64,000 nucleotides of DNA from Octopus vulgaris (Eukaryota): contig OX597814.1 of NCBI GenBank assembly GCA_951406725.2, forward strand, positions 214,582,001 through 214,646,000. Reading direction: 5' to 3'. How positions within the stretch are numbered: position 1 is the first letter of the stretch; each line of letters starts with the position of its first letter. This document shows positions 52,421-64,000 of this stretch, one piece after another. The notes beneath the pieces were generated by a model. The model saw only the letters and a program-made list of their open reading frames with translations. It was not told the DNA's origin and searched no databases. Position numbers and translations under genes: made by a program.

Positions 52421-53012
52421 TACAAATGTTTCTTACAAACCATAGAAAAAAGTGGGAACATGTTATCACTGGCATAAAGTCATTTGCATAATGGTTCAAA
52501 GCTGATGACTGGATTTTGGATTATGAGTACAAGTTGATCTTACAAGTTATACAAACGTAATATAATGTTTCTTATGAACCATAAAAGGAATTGGCAACAA
52601 ACTGTAACTGGCATAATGTCATTTACATAACGGTATAAGATTGATTGCTGGGTTTTAATTAGAAATGCACCAGCACAACATTGTTATGAATAAATGTGAA
52701 CATGGAATTCATATAGAATAGGTGTAATAAGCTTAGACTTGTTTGTAAAATATAAACTTGTGAATAAATTGCATGTTCTTCAACAGCTGACACTGAATAT
52801 CATCCAATTAGTTTTGTCTTTTCTGAAACACATAAAACATTACTTATCTCACATCTCAGTAGCCAAAATTACAGAGAATATATCTTCCTATAGTAAATAT
52901 AAACAAACTGTTTACTGGTGTGGAGTCATTTACATAACGGTACAAGGTTGATGGCTGAGATTTAAGAACAGAAGTACCAGCACAGAATGGTTATGAATAA
53001 ATATGGATGTGA
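52421..53012. repeat. Three diverged copies of a unit of about 130-140 bp
   Basis: actggcataaagtcatttgcataatgg / actggcataatgtcatttacataacgg / actggtgtggagtcatttacataacgg at about 52468, 52607 and 52914. Confidence 0.7.
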
Positions 53013-53452
53013 ACAACATATTGCTTTTGAAATCTTTTATCTAAGATCTTGTGATACATTTACAGTTTATATTTTCACTGAGTCCAAATATATGTTTATT
53101 AAACATATATATGATTTCTACCTACTTATTTATAACCAATATGTGTAGGTACTTTTGTTATTAAAACCCTGCATACAACTCGTACAATTATACAAATGAC
53201 TTTACATAGTAATTGTTTATATTTTTAACGAGGGGGTATATTTTTTGTAATTTTATCAGTTGAAAGGTGAGATAAGTAACCCAGCGTATGTCTAAAGAAA
53301 AATTAAATTAGTTGTATATTTTCTCACAGTAGCTGCCACATCCACACACATATACACAGAGTTACTTAATAATATTTAAAACTGAAATCTTACATTATCA
53401 TTATTCTTACTGTTTTTGTTTTTGAAATGATGGCTGAGGGTTTTATTTACAA

Positions 53453-53844
53453 CTAGCAGTATAGCCCGGCATTGCTCGGGTTTGTTTCGACCCTTTAGAA
53501 TTGGAATTTTTGAAAAGTAAAAATTTTACATTATGTAGCTTGTAATTCTCTTTAAGTGAACATTTTTCTGGTTGAAATACACCGAAAAATGGCAACACAG
53601 CAGTAAAAAAATTGTAAAAAGTAGGGAATTTCATAGAAAAAAAGCAGCTTTTTGATGTAAATAATTTTTGGTGTTAACATGGTCCGATTTGAATTTTATC
53701 TTCTGCGGAATGAAGAGCAAGCCTTCTTCTATCATACTCTCAATTTTGGTCAACTTGCGCCACAGGGTCTTGGAGGAGATAGTGTTAGTTGAAGGCTACC
53801 AAACCTGCCACACACAGACAACTTCCGCTTTATATATATAGAGA
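53453..53844 (-). mobile_element. Non-autonomous Helitron, complete
   Basis: Minus strand A|TC...hairpin...CTAG|T, no TSD. Confidence 0.88.
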
Positions 53845-54649
53845 TTACAGACAAATATAGGTGCTGTATATTTGTATATTTGGTCAAAGGGAAGCTTTTG
53901 AATACTGAGGTTCTAAGATTCAAACTCTTATGATGTAAAATTTAACATTTAAAATATAATGGTTGGCAATGCATTTAAACTTAAGGGTGGGGGATATATG
54001 TGATAAAGTAAGGAACTACATGACAAAGAGGCAGGCAGGATAGTTAGAGGAGCGTAAAAATGAGCAAGAAAGTGTAAAATGTGTGAATATGTAATTGAAG
54101 AAATGAAGAAACAAGAAGGGAAGTTAGCGAGAAGAAGAAATAATTGTATTAATGTTTATACAAGAGTAGAAGAAAAAAAGGAAGAAAGAGAGAATCATAA
54201 TTATATGAAAAAGTAGAGATAGAAAAATATAAAAAAAGGAATAAAGTGAAGAGAGACAACATGTATGTTGATGATGGAGATAATAGCTGACTGATATTAA
54301 AAAAAAAAGAGTAAAGTGAAAAAATGTACTGATAACATTAAACAGACAATCTGAGCTCTTTTTCTAATTATGGGTAAAAGAGAATTTTTTTGCTAATAGG
54401 TTTCAATTCTTCTGCAAAATCCCTTGGAATAATTCTTGGATAATACAAAGACTGATATAAAATGCAGATCAGGAAGAGAAACTCAAGGCATCCATAGGGA
54501 TATTTATAGAATTTCAGGGAACTTCCCCAAAATATTAAAGAATATTGAAGAAATTTCACTCAGAAAATACGACAGATTTAACTTGTAGAATAAACTTGTT
54601 CAACTAAAATTACTTCAAAATAATCAGTTACAATCTAAACCTTCCAGAA

Positions 54650-54984
54650 CAGGGGTTCCCAAATACTTTTTATCTATGGACCCCTTTGATTGCTATTTTA
54701 TTCTGGTGGACCCCCATAGCCATTTGATGTTTAAAAACTAGTTTTAGTGAAACATTTTGTTTTTCATGCATTCCCTTGTGTAGGTTGAACTATGTAAAAT
54801 GTTAGAGAAAGAACCCTAGCTGTTTCTTGCAACACAAACCAATACATACATTTAAAGCAAAAATTTTCAGGGGCCCTCAAAATACTATTGTGGCCCTGGC
54901 CCAATTAACTACTTTGCTATGTGGTCCCTGCTGAACTTTATGTGGAACCTCAGGGGTCATATGGACTCAGGTTGAGAGCTGCTG
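54650..54984. mobile_element. hAT (Charlie-like) MITE
   Basis: CAGGGGTTCCCAA..GGTTGAGAGCTGCTG, TSD ttccagaa/ttctagaa. Confidence 0.75.
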
Positions 54985-55032
54985 TTCTAGAAAAAGATTT
55001 AGCAAATTCAACTACTGATCATCATCATTTAA

Positions 55033-55293
55033 AAAATAAAATAAATGCGCCTTTTTAAAGCCTAGCCAGGCTCATGGGCCCAGTTTCCCGGTTTCAATGG
55101 CATATGCATTCCCCAGCTGGACGGGACACCAGTCCATCACAGTGTAACTCATTTTTACCAGCTGAGTGGACTGGAGCAACGTGAAATGCAGTGTTTTGCT
55201 CAAGAACACAACACGTCACCCGGTCCAGGAATCGAACCTACAATCTTATGATTATGGTGCTGACACCCTAACCACTAAGCCACGTGCCTCCAC
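55033..55293 (-). mobile_element. SINE head C2 + tail beta, inserted in the (CAT)n tail of an old family B copy
   Basis: 13 bp TSD catcatcatttaa. Confidence 0.88.
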
Positions 55294-55631
55294 CATCATC
55301 ATTTAATGTCTGCTAAATGACCAGAGCTTGTAAGCAGGAGAGCTGCGTCACGTTCTATGTTGATCTGGTTTGGTTTCTACAACTGGATGCCAACCACTTT
55401 ACAGGGTGTGCTGGATGCCCTTTACATGACAACAGCATGGGTACTTTTTAATGGACTGGCACAGACAGACTTGCATGGGTGCCTTTAATGTGGACTTTAA
55501 TGTGCATAGGTGCCTTTAATGTGGCACGGGTACTTTTGACACGGACCAGCGTAGGTACTTTTTATGTGGACTGGCATGGATATGCATACATATTTGCAAC
55601 AACATAATCTCATATATACAGTCACATAATT

Positions 55632-56362
<731 letters not shown>

Positions 56363-56782
56363 TGATCCAAAGACCAAGCAGAATATGAGCAGCCAATAAC
56401 TTCACCTCCGTCCCACTCCCTGACAACTGCAAGAAAATGCAGGATTTTTCTTTCTTTCCCTTACCATCTCTTCTCTACTACTCTTTCCATTTCTGCCAAT
56501 TATCTAATGATTCTACACAACCCATGTCTACGCATTCTGAACAATGGATCACCTGTATCACACTTCGTATCTAGTCATGTGAGGTGCCAGTAAACACAAA
56601 CAACTCTTGCACTTTGGTGCTGAGTAATGCTTTGAACTTCTCGCTTGTACCTATGTATGAGCAAGAAGTTCAAAGAAGTTCATACACACACCCAGACACA
56701 CACACACACACACCCACATACACTTGCACATTTGCTGTTGCTCTCTATCCTAACCATATATGCATGTGTATGTATGTTTGTG

Positions 56783-57270
<488 letters not shown>

Positions 57271-57544
57271 TTACCTATCTACATGCATAGATATATATAT
57301 ATATCTACATACTTATGTATATCTATATACACATACACACAAATACACACACATACACACACACATGTATTAAAATAGAAAACGTAAAAGCAAAAAAATT
57401 GGCATCACTTGAAGAAACATTTCATTTAGCCAGAGAATATACGTATATACGTATATACTTATATGTTTATCAGTAGAAAGTTACTAAAGCGATTCAAGGA
57501 CAGAGTTTTGTGCATGGCACTTATCAAACCAAGCGTACGCATAT

Positions 57545-58220
57545 ATGTGTGTGTCTGTATCTATATCTGAGTGTGTGTGTATGTGTGTTTGTTTGTGTAT
57601 ATGTGTGTCTGTGTGTGTGTGAGAGTGTGTGTGTATATGTGAGTGTGTGTGTATGTGTGTTGATGGGTTTGTGTTTGTGCGTGTGTGCATATGTGTGTGT
57701 CTGTGTGTGCTTGTGTGTGTGTGTGTCTGTGTGCTTGAGTGTGTGTTTGTGCATTGTGTGTGTATGTGTGTGTGTTGTGTGTTTGTGTGTGTTTGTGCAT
57801 GGGTGTGTATGTGTGCTTGTGTGTGTGTTTGTGAGTGTGTGAATGTATGCTTGTGTGTATGTGTGTGTGTGAGTGTGTGTGTATGTGTGTGTCTGTGGGT
57901 TTGTGTTTGTGTGTGTCTGTGTGTGCGTTGTGTGTGTGTGTATGTGTGTGTATGTGAGTGTGTGTTTGTGCATGGGTGTGTATGTGTGCTTTGTGTGTGT
58001 GTGTACGTGTGTGTGTGTGTGTGTGCTTGTGTGTGTATGTGAGCGTGTGTTTGTGCATGGGTGTGTATGTGTGCTTGGGCATGTGTGTTTGTGTGTGGGT
58101 TTGTGAGTGTTTGTGTGTTTGTGTGTGTGTGTATGTGCATGCGCATGCAAGTGTCGGTGAGTGTGCATGTTTGTGTGTGTATGTGTGTGTGTGTGTGTGT
58201 GTTCATGCGTGTGTATATGT
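57545..58220. repeat. Cryptic (GT)n satellite with internal duplications
   Basis: gtgtttgtgcatgggtgtgtatgtgtgctt recurs three times. Confidence 0.9.
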
Positions 58221-58960
58221 GTACTTCTTATTGTGGATAAGTGAGTGCACACACAAGTGCCTACAAACATGAGAAAATGTTCTTGTTATGAGTTGTAAAC
58301 TCTTTCCTAAGCTCTTCAGAAGCATGGCCTGAATTTTGCCTTTTGGCACGACAGGTACTTGAAGAATGATGCAGAGCAAAGGTGAGCAGGTTAGAAACTG
58401 ACAGAAAAAAACATCCTGCAGAACAAACTGTATGTAAAGAGAAGTTCAAACAAAGCTGTTTATATAGGAAGGGAGAGAAACTAGGTTGAAACTGGAACAT
58501 CCAACACATTTTTGTTTTTTGTCTGGAATATGGAAATGTGGCCATAACTTTTGCAGATTCTCTGTGACTAGAATAGCACACCCATACATGCATATACACG
58601 CAGGCACACACACACTCACACAAACATGCACACACACACATACACACACAAAATACACAAACATACATATATACACACATACACACACAAACATGCTCAC
58701 ACACACGCATGCACACACACAAGTCTGTGATGGGCTTCTGCACAGTTTCCATCTGCTAAATTTCTTCCATAAGGCATTGGTCAGACTCTTGTAGAAGGTG
58801 CTGTTGATTGGTTATAAATCAAACTTCTCAATCACATACACATATGTATATATATATATAAGCCATCCTGTATGTATATATATATATATATATATATACA
58901 CACAGGATGGCTTATATATATATATATATATATATGGCTTATGATATATATATATATATA

Positions 58961-59508
58961 TACGAACAAAACACCTCCTGTGCTGAGTTGTCAAACATTT
59001 AAATCAAATTTTCTCATAATAACTCGTCCGACTATCCCATAGGCCTCCCCTTTGGGAAACACTGATTCAACCAAAATTTGAGACGCCAGCAAAAGAAGAA
59101 ATAAAGATAGAATTTTTTTCTATTCCAAAGAAAAACGATTTTATTCACACAAATATGCAACCGAAGAGTTTAAAGCACCAGTAATAATAAGGCTGTAGAC
59201 TGGGAGAACACAAACATGGTTTAAACAGTAAGCCTGGCAGGAAAGAAACGTGCCTTTAAGTAGGACAAGAACAACAAAAAATGGAAGGTGCAGTTATGTA
59301 CAGGTTGACGGAAGAAAAGCAGGACAAAAATGGCTTTATCGATCGCATTCTCACCTGGAATCGATTTTTGTAATTTTTTCAAGACTTATACACGCCCTGA
59401 TACTGTCGGTATCTACATATCAAATTTGAGTGCAATCGGATGGAGGATGCCCGAGATCCGAGAAGACACACACACACAGACAGACAGAATGGATTTTATA
59501 TAATAGAT
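58961..59508 (-). mobile_element. Helitron/Helentron-like non-autonomous element (5' end clear, 3' end not)
   Basis: Plus-strand end caaatttgagtgcaatcgg..cacacacagacagacagaatggattttatataatagat parallels the 5' ends of the Helitrons at 27099 and 53844. Confidence 0.5.
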
Positions 59509-59682
59509 ATATATATGTAAAAGTAAGATCCAAAGATCAAGGTGTAGGAAGATAGTGAGCTTCAAGCAGTCCATAGAAGATATAAGAAAGAACTTTCAGG
59601 AACAATGGTGATTTATTGGCACAGAAGGTTGTGAATTTTTCCTGTATTGAAGTACGATAAGCTGAAAAAAGTTATTATATAT

Positions 59683-60056
59683 AGGCGCAGGAGTGGCTGT
59701 GTGGTAAGTAGCTCGCTAACCAACCACATGGTTCCGGGTTCAGTCCCACTACATAGCACCTTGGGCAAGTGTCTTCTGCTATAGCACCGGGCCGACCAAA
59801 GCCTTGTGAGTGGATTTGGTAGACGGAAACTGAAAGAAGCCTATCGTATATATGTATATATATATATGTATGTGTGTCTGTGTTTGTCTCCCTAGCATTG
59901 CTTGACAACCGATGCTGGTGTGTTTACATCCCCGTCACTTAGCGGTTCGGCAAAAGAGACCGATAGAATAAGTCCCAGGGTCGATTTGCTCGACTAAAGG
60001 CAGTGCTCCAGCATGGCCGCAGTCAAATGACTGAAACAAGTAAAAGAGTAAAGAGT
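59683..60056 (+). mobile_element. SINE family A
   Basis: Head to tail, with a deletion between the two gaataagt direct repeats. Confidence 0.92.
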
Positions 60057-60489
60057 AATATGTCACGGTTAGCAATTGGGGTCGCTGTATATGTGAATAA
60101 ATATACCTAAAATTTGGGAACGGAGTAGATAAAATCCAGGCTACATCTATTTCACAGCTAGCGGAACCTTGGGAGTAGTAATTATCGATATGAAGGGTAC
60201 ACCACAAGCAAATGTATGTGTGTGTATTTGTGTGTCGGTGTGTGTATATATTTATGTGTAAAAGAAAGATATATATATATATATAATAAATGAAAAAATG
60301 GAGTCGAACTAAAATCTTCGTTCGACTCCATTCTTTCATTTATTCATATAAAAAACACACAAATTTCCACACAAGAACCCGGAGTTTCTACCCATGACAG
60401 GTCGCTTCAACCGTGTTTTCTGATGTGCATTTGCTACCCAGGTATCGGTTAACAGAATTTTCCATGCTAGGATAATTCATTCACCTACT

Positions 60490-60549
<60 letters not shown>

Positions 60550-60796
60550 AGGGCACACATACAAACATGCACACTGGAAAGAAGGGGGATAACTCCAACA
60601 CTATCTCCCTTCATTGATGAAAGAACAGATAAGTTTCCATCTTGTTAAATTTCGCGAGAGAAGCTTAGTCTCCTTGACTAAGTAGAGGAAGCATAAATAG
60701 AAACAGAGATAAAATAACTATGCTGATCATGTATAGAAACTATTCTGCATGATAAAGAGTTTCTGCAATACTTATACACACACACACGCACGCACG

Positions 60797-60861
<65 letters not shown>

Positions 60862-60968
60862 ACACATACACACACAACGCACGCACACACACTCACACGT
60901 TTTTTCTTCATGTTATAGTAAAAACACTTTTACATTAAACTGGAGAAGTACTCAATACAGTTGGTATT

Positions 60969-61101
60969 GAAAGAAAAGAAAGAAGGAGGATTTGACGTTT
61001 TGAGCGGAGCTCTTCATCAGAATCATAGAAAAAGGAAAGTTCCAAGGAAGGGAAGACGGAGGAAAAAAATCGCCAACGATACACACGCGGTCACATATTG
61101 A
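60969..61101 (-). mobile_element. pLTR-like element with hammerhead motif (60989-61024)
   Basis: Minus strand gatt-CTGATGA-A-GAGC-tcc-GCTC-AAAAC-GTC-aaat. One core change (G12 to A, at a CpG). Confidence 0.72.
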
Positions 61102-61139
61102 ATCATATTTGTATGTATATATATGCACATAAATAATGA

Positions 61140-61176
<37 letters not shown>

Positions 61177-61682
61177 ACACATATACATATAGTAGATTTT
61201 CAGATATGTAGTATAGTGAGTTGAAATTCTTCAGCTAATTGAGATTATCATATTTCGCTCATTTTTTGTATAAACTTGATCATTTCTAAACTTAACCAAC
61301 TGTGGTGAATATACTTCACAGATGACATCAAACAAGATTGAAACATATCTGTTGCTTTTCTTTTTGATGCATGATCAACTCTTGACTGCAAAGTCGATTT
61401 TTTCCAAAAGTTTCAGTTATCTGATACTGACAGAGTTATTTCTTTTGATTTCTGTTTTAAGATTTTAAACACCACCAGAAGGAGCTATTTGTCTTCTAAC
61501 TGTGAAGGTATTCTCAGTAAATTTTTTTTTACCTCACTGTATTACACATATGTGACTCTACTCGCCTCTTCTGAATATAGATATATGTGTGCGTGTGTGT
61601 GTACACACACACACACACACACACATAGTAGATTTTCATATATCTAATATAGTGAGTTGTAATTCTTCGGTTAAACAACATA

Positions 61683-61775
<93 letters not shown>

Positions 61776-61834
61776 GTCTGTCTGTCTGTCTGTCTGTGTG
61801 TCTGTGTGTCTGCCTGCCTGCCTGCCTGCCTGTA

Positions 61835-61868
<34 letters not shown>

Positions 61869-61884
61869 TCTATCTATATATATA

Positions 61885-61918
<34 letters not shown>

Positions 61919-61981
61919 TACAGGCAGGCAGGCAGGCAGGCAGACACACAGACACACAGACAGACAGACAGACAGACAGAC

Positions 61982-62070
<89 letters not shown>
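61683..62070. repeat. Inverted duplication of a compound microsatellite about a (TA)n centre
   Basis: (TATC)(TGTC)..tgtgtgtc(TGCC)5tgta.. is mirrored on the right. Confidence 0.9.
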
Positions 62071-62071
<1 letters not shown>

Positions 62072-62180
62072 TATATTCTGGTGTATATATATATATACAC
62101 CAGAATATACTTCAGTACACCAGGAACTCACATAAAGAATCTTGCAAACCAAATCCCAAAACGAAATATATATATGTTAA

Positions 62181-62391
62181 AATTGGGGAAGGCCGGTTTA
62201 TGAGATTACCTTAGGTTTCCCATCCATAAAGGGTTTAGCTTTATGGCATATCATCAGATCCATGACCTCTTAAAAATATTTTTAAGAGGTTATGGGCCGA
62301 CAGGTTTTTGGGAACTGACAGTATGCCATAAAGCTAAACCCTTTATGGACGGGAAAACTAAGGTAATACCATAAACCAGCCTTCCCCATTT
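62181..62391. mobile_element. Foldback MITE with about 70 bp TIRs and an internal 36 bp palindrome
   Basis: tggggaaggccggtttatg..ccataaagggtttagctttatggcata versus tatgccataaagctaaaccctttatgg..cataaaccagccttcccca. Confidence 0.85.
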
Positions 62392-62796
62392 ATAATATAT
62401 ACTGCTCTACATCTTAGAGTAGTCTTCTTCTTTTGGATTTATGTTTTTTACAAAAGATATATATATACATGTATATATAATGTACATATATATATATACA
62501 TACACACACACATATATATATATTAATAATATAGGGTAAATAATTATGAATTTTAAAAATTAACAATTATTACCAAGTAGTTTCGTTATGGAAATAGAAC
62601 CATTATCGGTAGGAACTTTTACAAAAAGCTCTTTATATTTATATCTATAAATAAATAGGGTTAAGCAACAAGTTGCTTAGCCACATACCGAAAATTTAGA
62701 AATAGCAGTCAAAGACCGCTTATTCTTATTTTCTACAAATATAGCTCCACATATAACATTTACTTGTAACTCACATATGCAAATATCTATCTACCA

Positions 62797-63100
62797 TGAA
62801 GGCACGTGGCTCATGATTGTAATGTCGTGAGTTCAATTCCTGGTGATACGTTGTGTCCTTGAGCAAGACACTTTATTTTATGCTGCTCTAGTCCACTCAG
62901 CTGGCAACAAAGAGTAGTACCTGTATTTCAAGGGCCAGCCTTGTCACACTTTGTGCCACGCTGAACATATCTGAGAACTACGTTAAGGGTACATGTGTCT
63001 GTGGATTACTCAGTCACTTGCACGTTAATTTCATGAGCAAGCTATTCCATTGATTGTATCAGCTGGGACCCTCGTCATCATAACTGAAGGAGTGCTCCTT
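62797..63100 (+). mobile_element. SINE head C2 + tail alpha
   Basis: gaaggcacgtggctc..ccttgagcaagacactttattt, then gtacctgtatttcaagggccagccttgtcacac..ggagtgc (the tail of 5609). Confidence 0.85.
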
Positions 63101-63102
63101 TC

Positions 63103-63148
<46 letters not shown>

Positions 63149-64000
63149 AAATATACATAGTGAGAGAGAGACAGGGGGGAGAAAGAGGGAGAGAGAGAGA
63201 GTGCTGAATCTCTTATCTGGTTTCCAGAAATCCAGGAACACCATGCAGTATACAGTTCACTGTATTGAGTAAACCAACCCTGTTTTTGAAATTTGTTAAT
63301 TTTTGAAGTGGTTTGATTGAGATTAAACATTCTCCGATTTAGAATAGCATTGAATTGTACCTGTATCTGTTAAATAAAATTATGTTCTTTACTTTTGGTC
63401 ATTCAATTTTCTAATTTTCAGCCTATAAATATTAGACATGGTACACAATGTAATCAGATGTGTATTTTATCGGTACTTTTTTTTTCACATAAAGGACATA
63501 AACATTTCTTCAAGATGATGAACATGCCATTTTTTTTCTTGCATTGATAAAAAGACAAAAAGTTTCGAAAGTGTACAATGAATGGGTGTAGATGAGTGAA
63601 TAAATTCTCGGTATTATAAAGCTCTCATTTTGTGGTTCTGAAGGGACCAGCAGATTTGAACCCAGAACGAAAGCAAAGTTTTATCATAGTATTTCTGCAT
63701 TATTTCTGTTCACAAATCTCGGCTGCATATCGCCGCTTAGATCGACCTTAGTACTTGACTGATAAAGCGTAAGATTAACTCCGTCAAGATTTGAACTTCA
63801 AACGCAAAAGGTCATTAAAAACCACAAAGCAATTTGTATGAGATACCAAACATAAAATAGTAATTGCAAGAGGTTGATTATAGTAAGTTACTTCCCTTAA
63901 GTGATAACATTTTTCAGAGTCACTTCCCTTGCATTAATGCTAGAAGAGTATATTTTATTACAAGTTTTACACAGACGTTTGAATTAATTGTACCACTGAG

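Overview
AT-rich, microsatellite-dense eukaryotic non-coding DNA. The SINE families look like those of octopus (coleoid cephalopod) genomes; this is my recollection, not a search result. I find no intact host protein-coding gene: nearly all supplied ORFs are translations of microsatellites or SINEs. The window is a mosaic of (i) tRNA-headed SINEs with interchangeable head/body/tail modules, (ii) a (GAT)n-tailed retroposon with internal 60-70 bp tandem units, (iii) piggyBac, hAT, Tc1/mariner and foldback MITEs and non-autonomous Helitrons, and (iv) decayed coding fossils of hAT-Buster, Chapaev3, Merlin, RTE, CR1/L2-type and Penelope (GIY-YIG) elements. The strongest signal is a set of minimal type I hammerhead ribozyme motifs (CUGANGA-stem II-GAAAC-GUH) in Penelope-related elements, most of them in or beside (TA)n arrays. 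One pair with intact cores forms part of a perfect 305 bp palindrome at 49604-49908. Coordinates were read by eye and may be off by a few bases.
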